Below, one piece after another: positions 12,638-21,539 of a DNA stretch of 64,000 nt; positions within the stretch are counted from its first letter, which is position 1; the number at the start of each line of letters is the position of its first letter. The position numbers and the translations under genes are program-made. The notes under the pieces are model-generated. The model saw only the letters and a list, made by a program, of their open reading frames with translations, made no database searches and had not been told where the DNA came from. Source of the DNA: Pavona decussata (taxonomy: Eukaryota); assembly GCA_977016875.1 (NCBI GenBank), contig CDRNST010000306.1:62001-126000 (forward strand). The letters run 5' to 3'.

Positions 12638-15378
12638 TATCACCAGCCAATATTAGGGTCCTTTTCCCGCCCCTTCCAAATTACAAGGGAAAAGTTCTCA
12701 AAACGAGATTGTTTCGGGTATAGCTAAAGTACATTTTAGTACATTGTTGAGGTAGCTTGCAGTTATACCTAAAGTTATACCTAATGTTTTGCTACAGCTG
12801 TGGCTAATTTAACTAAGCGTATACACTTATAACACACAGTCGGGACGTATTCGGGATATTTGTCACTTGAACCTTGTTTAATGGCCTAGCTTTCACAAGT
12901 CTCCTCCAGCGTAGTGCATTGGTAGAGCATCCAAACTAGTAATCGGAAGGTCTTAGGTTAGACTCCTGTTGGGAGAACTCGGATTTTCATTTTTCAAGTA
13001 TGCCTGTGCCACTGACTGAAAAATGCATCAATCATTTATTCACCTGCGTTAAAACATAGCATCACATTTCTTTTTCGATGATGATCGATGATCGATTATT
13101 GTCTTTTAACGTTAGTTTTGCCAAAAGAAGAAAAGAGCTGCGAGTTGCCCCCAGACACCGGACCGTGTAAAGCATACACGCCGTTGTGGTATTTTAACAC
13201 CACGACCCGGACGTGCGCTGTGTTTCTTTATGGAGGATGCGATGGTAACGGCAACAGGTTTCCAAGTTACTATGACTGTCAAGATAGCTGCAGTGGTAAG
13301 TTGAATGAAATCCATTGAAGCACGTAGATTACCACACTTAAGCATTAAAAGCACTTTTTTTAATAAGTAAAGTAGGAGCTTTTGCGTACTTATAAGGTAC
13401 TGTTCTCATAAATGAAAAGGAAAATTTATCTGCGGTTGTAATTTTGTGCTGATCAAGTTCTGCTCTTTACCCTTCTTTATTGGAAGAAAAAGGAAAAATA
13501 TGCTAACTTATCTTATCTACACTAAATCATTTTTTGGAGAAAAATGAAGTGCATGCATGAGTGAATGATAAGCTATAATTTATTGTGAGAACGGCATCTT
13601 TTCAATACAGAAGGGACGCAGTCTCGTTAAGCTTCTTTAGTTTAGTTGTTTCCTATTTGTTTTTCAGACGTTGTTCTACGATAATTTTGATTTTTTTTTT
13701 TTTTGTTCATGGCTTTATGATTGAAGAGCGAAAACATTTTGATTTGACTCTACGTCACAACTGGCCTGGCCAATCAAGAGGACATAAAAACAAGAGGATC
13801 CCTCATTAAAGCTTTTACTCGCGGAGCAATACTATGGTTTCTTTCTGTTACAGGTCGAAATTTAACATTCTGTGAGTTGCAGCGTGAGATAGACAGCGCA
13901 CGCTCGAGGGATTTTATTCCTCGTTGCAAAGAAGACGGCAGATTCGAAGAAGTACAGTGCCAGCGAAAGTCTGAGGAGTGCTGGTGTGTAGATGAAGCTG
14001 GCATGGAAATTCCCGAATCAAGGACTATTGGATTGCCTGAATGTGATAAACCCGATGGTAAGGGATTCTTTTTTACTCGCGTTTAAGGGTTATATCACAC
14101 CATCCTGACTTTGTATGCCACGTCGGGGTGGTGTTATCAAAGCCTAGCTGCCTGTTTTAAACACCCCGCAAGATAAATCAGTTGTCTGGGACGCACGTAG
14201 GTACGTATAGGTTAACCTTGTCGTAATTTTCGAGGGTATTAAAAATGTAGAATCACAGCATCTGGCCCTTCATCTTGGATGGTGGATGGTAGTATAACCC
14301 AAGCACGGGAAATCTTTTCCATGACAGAAGCCTCTTTTCATTATCGCTTGAGAGTGTCTCCCCATGTGGCCTGGGCTTAGGCCTTATATAAATTAGTAGA
14401 GGACGTCAAGGAACAACGCTCAGGAACTTTGGAATTAAGTAACAGAGTAGGGGACGTAGGCCGCAGTGAGGTAATACAACCGGTTTCCTCGAGGGAGAGG
14501 AATGCAGTCAATGGCCTACAGTAAGCTGTTGCAGCGTCTCTAATGATCTTTTTGCAGTGACACAGAGAATCCTAGGAGTATGCTTGGATATTTGACACAT
14601 TAACCTGGAATAATGGTCTAGCTGCCTCGAGTTTCCTGTAGCTCAGTGGTGGACTATCCGAACTAGAAATAAAACTCCTGCTGGGAGAACCCTAATTTCT
14701 TTTTCCGAGTACCGTATGTCTGTGTCACTGACTGAAAAATTCATCTATCATTTAATCACCTGGCTTAAAACAAAAACTTCACATTCATTTCAATGAACTG
14801 GGGTCTATAGAGTTGAAACGTAACCGACCGCCACTGATTTGCAATTCCGGACACAATCCCCACTACACGTGACGTCTACAGTAAACATGTTGCGGTCGGT
14901 AACGGAAGCATCTTTTGACGCTCTTCATATGCATTTACGTGAAAGCGCCATAGGTCTGAATACACTCGGATTTAACTACTGCATTCGGCTGGGTAAGGTT
15001 GGGATCCTTGTACATTGAAAAAAAGNNNNNNNNNNNNNNNNNNNNNNNNNNNNNNNNNNNNNNNNNNNNNNNNNNNNNNNNNNNNNNNNNNNNNNNNNNN
15101 NNNNNNNNNNNNNNNNNNNNNNNNNNNNNNNNNNNNNNNNNNNNNNNNNNNNNNNNNNNNNNNNNNNNNNNNNNNNNNNNNNNNNNNNNNNNNNNNNNNN
15201 NNNNNNNNNNNNNNNNNNNNNNNNNNNNNNNNNNNNNNNNNNNNNNNNNAAAGAGCAAAAAAAAAAGTTGACGATAAGGTTTTCGTTCCCTCTAGGAGAG
15301 TTTGTGGTGTGCTCCCATTTAACCATCTATTTTTCTTTTTTTCTAGGAGAAGGAATTGGCAGCCGAGGAGCAAGATAA
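1..15378 (+). CDS. Multi-exon gene (5' end outside window): modular Tg1 x11 / vWA / Kunitz x2 / WAP protein, putative multi-class protease inhibitor (equistatin-like repeats)
   Basis: 16 exons joined by GT-AG introns give one continuous frame; repeated C..P.C...G.Y...QC....G.CWCVD..G.E..G......P.C motifs; candidate last exon 15347-15378. Confidence 0.9.
728..946 (+). CDS. Exon: thyroglobulin type-1 repeat 2
   Basis: ttttag acceptor; TSCQRHRTRSLGLAGIPPPGTYVPHCNPDGSYGDVQCHSFTGLCWCVDEKGKEILGTRKWGRPQC; donor CAG|GTAATT; 219 nt. Confidence 0.92.
1579..1919 (+). CDS. Exon: von Willebrand factor A domain, N-terminal part
   Basis: cccag acceptor; PIDLGILIDAS...FDISSNGTHVGLIVFS...ELFNEATGMRNEIPK; donor AAG|GTAC, phase 0. 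Confidence 0.9.
2954..2999. repeat. Perfect 23-bp tandem duplication
   Basis: ATGTATGTATTAACTGCTAAAAG x2. Confidence 0.9.
3050..3352. mobile_element. Intronic palindromic repeat (Crypton-like non-autonomous element)
   Basis: Hairpin ACAATTAGATT...GCGTGATAGCTGA-loop-TCAGCTATCACGC...AATCTAATTGT (3050-3153), then AGTATAAAT ... ATTTATACT inverted motif; family name from recall. Confidence 0.45.
3504..3768 (+). CDS. Exon: von Willebrand factor A domain, C-terminal part
   Basis: cctag acceptor; TLLLVTT...AQGLRDRGVFIYAVGIGDEIKVPELLDLTS...VFTSDDFSVL; donor AAG|GTAAGT, phase 1. Confidence 0.9.
4174..4344 (+). CDS. Exon: Kunitz/BPTI domain 1 (P1 Leu)
   Basis: CNMPSEPGQLGCLASISAFYFEAASGECHSFVYSGCGGNANNFPSYEKCMENC; ttttag / GTAAGA; 171 nt. 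Confidence 0.92.
4588..4791 (+). CDS. Exon: thyroglobulin type-1 repeat 3
   Basis: SCIGDKKRVSSLRVGHFTPKCKTNGRYEDVQCYGKTGYCWCVDEFGKEVPGTRVMGIPIC; tandem AAG/GAG acceptor (4588 or 4591); donor GTAAGT. Confidence 0.88.
5075..5293 (+). CDS. Exon: thyroglobulin type-1 repeat 4 (frame not in ORF track)
   Basis: TPCLEERRKTLGMDGVPSVGRFAPECNPDGEYAKIQCFGNTNFCWCSDKRGYEIPGTHRWGTPEC; ttag / GTAAAT; 219 nt. Confidence 0.9.
6227..6385 (+). CDS. Exon: WAP four-disulphide core domain
   Basis: RPGACP...KCP...CSQDSDCPESSKCCDCGCVRRC; tttcag / GTAAGA; 159 nt. Confidence 0.9.
6698..6916 (+). CDS. Exon: thyroglobulin type-1 repeat 5
   Basis: SSCVSEHLKSLSTSCPHFKATGRFFPNCKPDGGYEELQCNELYGVCWCVDKNGNEITGSRQTGKPNC; cttag / GTGAGG. 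Confidence 0.9.
7648..7860 (+). CDS. Exon: thyroglobulin type-1 repeat 6
   Basis: TSCERERKRAMG...SCQDDGSFNPTQCHNATGYCWCVDKQGNELKGTRKWGKLNC; tatag / GTAATA. Confidence 0.9.
8428..8634 (+). CDS. Exon: thyroglobulin type-1 repeat 7
   Basis: LTVCQSRHDECLDNAPPGQFIPRCKADGSYEERQCLQSTGECWCVDKNGNELPGTRSREMHDC; aatag / GTTGGT. Confidence 0.88.
9095..9298 (+). CDS. Exon: thyroglobulin type-1 repeat 8
   Basis: SPCQIKKRQALGLRGVPVVGLHAPECKADRGYDEVQCHVTSGLCWCVDEYGNEVKGSRIKGRPSC; tcgcag / GTAAGA. Confidence 0.9.
9690..9896 (+). CDS. Exon: thyroglobulin type-1 repeat 9
   Basis: PPCKKESETILASFPKPPPGMFVPQCRKNGGYQATQCDSSTGFCWCVDEYGNELMDTRVKGQVNC; aatag / GTTAAA. Confidence 0.88.
10391..10606 (+). CDS. Exon: thyroglobulin type-1 repeat 10
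   Basis: SLCHSRYNKATEVNEQGHHAPLCEPDGSYKQIQCNSATGECWCVDREGKEKLETRRVGMPHC; tttcag / GTATGT. Confidence 0.9.
12017..12100. mobile_element. 84-bp MITE TAGCCTGCG...CGCAGGCTA nested in the previous element
   Basis: Perfect 9-bp TSD AAGGGTGAC on both sides. Confidence 0.85.
12584..12641. repeat. (ATC)n microsatellite
   Basis: Direct inspection. Confidence 0.95.
12836..13075 (+). mobile_element. tRNA-related SINE, copy 1
   Basis: A-box-like TGGTAGAGCATCC, B-box-like GGTTAGACTCC; body shared with 14575-14790 and 37392-37458. Confidence 0.65.
13116..13295 (+). CDS. Exon: Kunitz/BPTI domain 2 (P1 Lys)
   Basis: CELPPDTGPCKAYTPLWYFNTTTRTCAVFLYGGCDGNGNRFPSYYDCQDSC; gttag / GTAAGT; 180 nt. Confidence 0.92.
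13854..14057 (+). CDS. Exon: thyroglobulin type-1 repeat 11
   Basis: LTFCELQREIDSARSRDFIPRCKEDGRFEEVQCQRKSEECWCVDEAGMEIPESRTIGLPEC; ttacag / GTAAGG. Confidence 0.9.
14575..14790 (+). mobile_element. tRNA-related SINE, copy 2
   Basis: GTAGCTCAGTGG A-box; CTCCTG.TGGGAGAAC...TGTCACTGACTGAAAAA...ATCATTTA.TCACCTG shared with copy 1. Confidence 0.65.
15026..15249. other. Assembly gap (224 N)
   Basis: Run of N. Confidence 0.99.
15347..15378 (+). CDS. Candidate terminal coding exon (GEGIGSRGAR-stop)
   Basis: Strong polypyrimidine acceptor ttttcttttttctag; the phase-1 join reads GGA GAA GGA ATT GGC AGC CGA GGA GCA AGA TAA; AATAAA at 15658-15663. Confidence 0.5.
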
Positions 15379-15657
15379 AAGTAATTGTTGAAGGGAAACT
15401 CCGTCATAAAAGCAAGGAAAATAACTTACGGATGCATATTTCAACCCTACAGACACTCCGCTTTCATGATTAATGTTTATCCAGTATGCTGACCACATGT
15501 TGTCAACAAAAGCGTTCATGATGTTGTAGTATAAAAAGTAGGCCCACGGTTTAATTTTAAAAAGCAAGCTTGAGCATGATAACAAAAAAAACAAAAAAAC
15601 AAACAAAACAAAACAAAACAAAAAAAACACGCTTTGTACCAAGTACCTTTATACGCC

Positions 15658-15663
15658 AATAAA
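15658..15663 (+). terminator. Candidate polyadenylation signal of the Tg1/Kunitz/WAP gene
   Basis: AATAAA about 280 nt after the candidate stop, followed by T-rich sequence. Confidence 0.35.
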
Positions 15664-16832
15664 TTTTTATTCAGTATTTCATGAGCATGGACTGCAAATG
15701 AATGTCCGAGGGGAGTTATGGACGACAAAATAATAATCAGGGATACCGCCATCCAATGTCGGCAACTAACTTGAAAAAGTAATATCCCTTCTCAAAAATG
15801 CCCCTGTGAAATTAAAATGCTTTAAACTACACCGATTTGAAATTGAATGGCAAAGCATGGACGGTGCCTAATCTCGCCTCACGAATACGTTATAATTTGT
15901 TTATGTTGTCTACACTGAAACGATTTAAAAAACGATTAAAAATGCTACTTTACAGTGACTTTCTCTGGTGTTGGGTGTGGCCATCATTATGCTAATATTT
16001 ATCGTCGCCAGTTTTTGAGGCATTGCGCCCGCCTGAGTCGTATGATTATTTACTTAAAAGTTTAATGAAAATGGTAAGGTTTACCTTTAAATGGAGATCG
16101 AAACCCTTAGACTGCCTTTGAATAATAGAAATAAAACATTGCGGATTAAAGTCGAAAACAACAACAATAACTTACGGTAATACGACGGTAATGCTTCTTT
16201 AATGTTTTGCTTAGTACAATGGAGCTTGAAGGCAGCCTCAAAAGCACGACTAGATTTACGAGCAACATGGCTCAATTTAATAAACCTAGCAAACTTTGAC
16301 AATCAGTGACTCCTATTCAATATCCCAAAACTAGTACGAATAATGAGAGTTCAAAAAAGTGGTGTAACATCTGCTTTCGAGATCTTGCGCATGAAACTGG
16401 AATACAAACATTCCTTTTTTTTTACATGTAAAAGCCGTCCAAGCATTTTTCCTTATCTTGAAGTACCGTAAAATTCCGAAAGTAGCCCCCTCCCCCCCCC
16501 CCCCCCCGGAAAGTAACGTTACATGTAATTTTTTATCTTCCTATTGAACTCCGAAACAACAACAATAAAATACTGTAAGTACTTTTTGACTCTATAATAC
16601 CATCCTACGAATAAATTGTGTCCATTTCGATGGACTTACAACCCGGTTAAAGTATTTAGCGTAACAAAAGTAACTCGAACACGAAAAATCTCTCCAGATA
16701 AACAAAGTGGTCTCTCTGTGTTTTAAAAGTAGTTTTTTCTTATTTTTGTATGTGAATTGTAGTTATTTGTGCGACAGAAACATAAAAAAGGCATTATCCG
16801 CCTCCTAGGAGGAGGATAATGTTGATTATTAA

Positions 16833-17909
16833 AGTGGCACAGTCACCTTTGTGACCGCGCTGACCTGGACACTAGTTTTGTCAGTTCGAAAAACGTCCAC
16901 CTCAACCCGAAATCAAAAGTACGCGTCGAATACATCTAGAAATCCGCTTCAATCTTTTACTGGAAACCTGTTTATGAGTATGCTTTTGCTCATCCTATGG
17001 TATTATTTTATCATATTTGGTTAAAAACAGTATAGATCGTGTCTCCAACGGAACATGAAAAGAAGAGGTGGGAAACATGAAGGCGCCGGGTGGAGGAAAT
17101 CGCCTGCGTTGACCAATATAACGAGAGAAATCAATCAAAAACATTGGAGAACAAGTCTCCATTATGTATATTTGGAAAATCGCATTTTCTCAACCTGGCG
17201 AAAGGTTCGTGCGGAGGGAATCTTCGTAAACGATTCGAACTTCGCGTCATAGCTGCTTGGTTTTGAGCTCAGACGAAGACAAGCTTTGGTACACAGTCGA
17301 TTATCTCCTCGACAAGGAAAACTTGAGCCTTGTTTTCTACGGGTCGAGCAACCGTTCTTGTAATGACATGAGTTTGGTTCCTAAATTTAGATAACGGAGA
17401 AGTTGTAGAAACGAAATTATAAACGCAAAATATATGATTGAAAGCAGAAATAAAGCTTACCGGTAGTCTCGCAGCAAAGTCGTTTCGCTATACTGCAGTT
17501 CAGGCGATTCGCTGCGTTTTAAAATTGACATATTCTCTAATATTTGAACTCAATTTGCTTCTTATCAAACACTGTGAAACGTAGAGACAGGTTTTTCACA
17601 CGACCGGATACCGAACTAAACAATTAAATGATTCTTCGACTTCAGAGCTATTGGCTGACGTTTGGCTTTCCCTGGACAAGTCCATCAGTAAATTTTTCAT
17701 GGTATCAAGAAAATGAGTGTTCTAATATGACATTAGGTCTATAATCACTATAATAATTTTGACTGGCAAACACTTCAACTCGACAAGGTTTGTTTAGATT
17801 TTTCAAAGGATGCGCTTCTCAGCGCGAGACTTGCGGATGAAGTGTGATATGCAAATCAGCTAAGAAATGGTATCTATAATGCGCATGTGCACCAGGTGAC
17901 TGTGTCCCT
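16833..17909. mobile_element. Kolobok-type non-autonomous DNA transposon
   Basis: TIR AGTGGCACAGTCACCT / AGGTGACTGTGTCCCT with TTAA on both flanks. Confidence 0.75.
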
Positions 17910-19644
17910 TTAAAAACTGGATCATTCTATAAGGCAATTCAATTCCAGAGATTTAATTGGCTTAGCAGCCATGGTATATGAGCCATTAAACCATTTTGCG
18001 GAGAAATAGCGACCATTAAATTGTCTTCTGGTTGTTCTTGCAAAGCGAAATCAGCAAGATTTCTGGGTTGTTTTTAATAAACCAGTTGTTCCACTCGCGC
18101 TTGTTGGATATGCTATCTATCTATACACTAATACCGTTTATCTTTACGTAGACCAACTGGCAATAGGAAAATGTAAAGATCCAACTGTCAGATACACAGA
18201 ACACATTAATGCAATTATGTTTAAAGAAGTGTGATTTTATCGACGTATTGTGCACGCTTTAAGAAAAAAGAACTCAGTAAATTTGCTTCTTTATAGAATA
18301 GTGTATTTCAAAATGCAGGGACTTAGTTTCCCTTTTAAAAGGCTTTTTTTTATTAAAGGAAATATGTTTTATCTCCAACTGTGAAATCGATCTCGGACCA
18401 TAAGTTTGGACTCACGTAAATACTTCACGTTGACTTCGCAGACAATGGTTCTAGTTTCAAAACAAACGCGTTTAACCAATAAGCGTAGTGTGGTTTCCTT
18501 TACAGACAGACAAGCTTCTTCTTGTATTAACAATTTACTCTTTTGTTTTGGTTTGTGCCCAAATTTAACAACTCGTCTGCATCGTTCGAAAGAACATCCT
18601 TTGGTTAATGGAATTTAACAAAATTGGGGTTTTACAGCCATTACTGATCGATGACTTGAAACTTGGTCCTGAAGCTTTACCATCGTACAGCACTACTGAA
18701 AAGCATATTGATAAAGGTGTGTGTTTAAACGAAGTATGCATATTATGTACATAATAGGGTGGTTCGCTTCGAGCAAAAAAAAATGTTTCTAGTTAATGGC
18801 TTTAATTAAGGCGTACTTTAACAACGATGCAAAAGATCCACCAGTTAATTTAAATGCTGTCAAAAGCGCTTATCAAGTGGAAAGTTCAACTTTCGTTTTC
18901 AACGTATGTCATTTCGCCTTTTCAAAGTTTTACACAAAGAAAAAACTTGGGAACTACAAAAAAGCAGGTTAGATAATGAATTTCCTCAAATACACGTTTT
19001 AAACTGCCGACAAAGTGCATCAATGATATAAACCCAAAGTGTTTTTGAACAGAAAACATTTTCGCCACAAAACATAAATATTTAATAGTTTTGCCTTTCG
19101 TTAGCTCAATGTAGTCTGTTTCACTCTCGCAAATGGTTCTATTTGTTCATTCACGATCATTTCGATTGCTTTCCAAAGCCAAAAAATACCCTGCCTTGAC
19201 ATACCCTACGTTTAAGACACACTGGTTCAATATTACAATTTAAGATATCGTAAAAGTATCGCAGTCTGCGTTATTCATATTCTTTATTGATCGAATAACA
19301 TTTCCTATAGTTTTTTTAGTTCTTTCTCAGAAACGTTATCTTGCCTGAGTTTTATTTTGACTATTTGAATATTTGAAGGTACTGTGTATGTTATATTTAT
19401 AACAGTTGTGGATTTTTTTCCTGTGTATTTAAAACTTGCTGTTCTGCGAATGACATGGAGGCTCAAACCATCCGCCATTTTGACAGTGTTTTCGTCTGAC
19501 AAACTTAATTGTAAGGAAACGTATCGCAGGGAAAAAAAGGTTTATAGATTTGGATTTTCTCAACCTTTTGACTCTCATCCTGCTATTATGCGTTCCGTAA
19601 TTCTAATTTAGTTCTTTCAATTGTTTGTTTTACAGCTGAGCGAA

Positions 19645-20610
19645 ATGAATACTTCAGAGGAAGCAGATACACTAAGCCATCTGTCACAGCCATTACCGGA
19701 CAGATCAGCCGCATTTATCCGTTCAATAATCTTAGCTGCCTGGAGCATAGTGTTCTCAGTAGAAGCGGGACTGATAATAGTTGCAAATATTTATACCATC
19801 ATTTTCCTGATAAGAGGGCATTTTGATCGAGTCAGATATTTCGCTGTGAGTTTCGCCTTCATTGACATCATGAGAGGCTGTACTGCAATTGTCATAGTAC
19901 TTGGTTTGGCGAGGTCCAGCGGACATAGTTGCAGATTAGATTACCAAGAATTGCACCTCGCTTTGCAAACCTTTTGCGATGTATTTTCCATGTGCTTCTT
20001 GACAGCAATTTCGTGCGACATGTATTACAGAACATTTTGGCCCCTGACACATAGACGCACTCGGGCAAGATGTTACATGTCAGCAAACTTTGCAATCTGG
20101 ATTATTTCAATGACTTTAACTATGTTTTTTGCATTTTCCTTGGGCGGCTTCTTCCAGCTTCTAATAGCCGATATAGTAGTATGGTTTACCGAGATTATCA
20201 ATCTGACAGTTATTTGCACAACTTATTTTCTGATTTGGCAACAAATCAAATTTCGTGAATACATGAATCAAGTTTGGAGGATCGAAAAACAATACGTAAC
20301 ATTTGCAAAGGCGTTTTCACTTTGTGCCATTGTTTATCTTGTCATATGGCTGCCGATTGAGGTTTTGGAAGGGCTATTCAGCCACTTAACCAATAGTTTA
20401 GACGTCTCGTGCAATGGTTTACTTTTTATGAAGTTTCTAAAAATTTTCTGTTCCACTGTAAGCCCGGTGATATATTTACGGAACCTTTCGCAGTTCAGCA
20501 AGCCGTGCTCTTGCACCATAATACTCAAAGACAGATCAATATATCTTCCTGATAGCTTACCGCTGATATCACTCCGATCCGCCTCCTATCTAATGACAGG
20601 TTATGATTAA
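19645..20610 (+). CDS. Class A (rhodopsin-like) orphan GPCR, 321 aa, atypical DMY motif
   Basis: 7 hydrophobic segments; TM1 N (IVANIYT), TM2 D (FAFID), TM3 AISCDMYY..FWPL.HR, TM4 W, TM6 IWLP, TM7 SPVIY; splice acceptor 9 nt before the ATG. Confidence 0.85.
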   Translation: MNTSEEADTLSHLSQPLPDRSAAFIRSIILAAWSIVFSVEAGLIIVANIYTIIFLIRGHFDRVRYFAVSFAFIDIMRGCTAIVIVLGLARSSGHSCRLDYQELHLALQTFCDVFSMCFLTAISCDMYYRTFWPLTHRRTRARCYMSANFAIWIISMTLTMFFAFSLGGFFQLLIADIVVWFTEIINLTVICTTYFLIWQQIKFREYMNQVWRIEKQYVTFAKAFSLCAIVYLVIWLPIEVLEGLFSHLTNSLDVSCNGLLFMKFLKIFCSTVSPVIYLRNLSQFSKPCSCTIILKDRSIYLPDSLPLISLRSASYLMTGYD

Positions 20611-20777
20611 CTATAGTAATACCTGCTTGGAAGTGAATTGAGCAAATTTCAATCAAATGTTTCACAGAGGAATGGGATGAAGGTGTCCATAAGCCATGGT
20701 TCTACTGTATAATCTGTGGCTAACATCCGTGACTAGTTTTTTTCCTATTTTATGACTTAAATGTGCTGTCTAGAAGC

Positions 20778-21487
20778 AGGCATAATTATTTGATTCCAGT
20801 CTTGGTTTTGATAAACAGATCGCACATATATGTAAATCTGCATTTCACTCAATTACATTGATTTCGAAAATTATAGAAAGTTTCTTAGTGTGGAAAATGC
20901 TAAGACTTTAGTGCATGTTTTCGTGCTTCTAAGCTAGATAATTCTAATGCACTTTTTTATGGCCTTCCCATGTAAAAGACCCAGCCTCTGCAATACGTAC
21001 TGACTCTGCCGCTAGGCTTGTTACATTGTCTAGGAAAAATGATCACATATCTCCAGTACTAATGGAGCTTCATTGGTTACATATAAAGAAGTGAATAATA
21101 TGGCACCTGTTTATCTTCAGGAACTATTAGACTTTTATATACCTGGCCGTAGCCTTAGATCAGGAAATATGCAACTTCTGAAGACACAATCGTACAATTT
21201 AAAAGTCGTACGGCTTCAGGGCATTTTCTATATGTGCCCTAACTTTGGAATGCCTTTCCACTGGAGCTAAGGATGTGCGACTCCCTAGGTAGCTTTAAGG
21301 AAGGCCTGAAGACTTTCCTTTTTTGAAAGGCTTTTTGTTGAGAATAATTAGGAAAAAGTTTTTAAATACTGGGAATTGATTTTAAGTTTTCATTTATTTT
21401 AGCTTTATTTCAATTTTTAAGTTTAAGGCAATTTTGATGTGAAGCACTTGTGGACTTTTTAGGCATAGGCGCTATAGAAAAAATTAC

Positions 21488-21539
<52 letters not shown>
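20778..21539 (+). mobile_element. L2/CR1-clade LINE 3' fragment with (TAT)n tail
   Basis: Frameshifted RT C-terminus (..ICKSAF..KTLVH..SKLDN.NALFYGLP..SAARLV..DHISPVLMELHWL); 3' end GGCGCTATAGAAA followed by (ATT)n. Confidence 0.85.

Larger units (their letters stand above)
11372..12711. mobile_element. Non-autonomous DNA transposon, CAACCTCGTT termini, 9-bp TSD
   Basis: Left CAACCTCGTTCCCAGGGCTTCTCCCTTG; right ...CAAGGGAAAAGTTCTCAAAACGAGATTG; TSD TTTCAGGTA / TTTCGGGTA. Confidence 0.75.
10700..12800. repeat. Degenerate minisatellite (~40-bp unit, core AGTACATCGTTGAGGTAGCTTT) split by a transposon
   Basis: Recurrent catcgttga.gtagcttt variants at about 10800-11370, resuming at 12721-12790. 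Confidence 0.6.

Noticed and set aside
1-14057. Naming the gene thyroglobulin, nidogen, SMOC/testican or papilin
   Set aside because: The diagnostic partner domains (cholinesterase-like, NIDO/G2, EF-hand/Kazal, TSP1/Ig) are not seen in the window
14935-15473. Long ORFs in the track containing poly-X
   Set aside because: Artefacts of the 224-N gap
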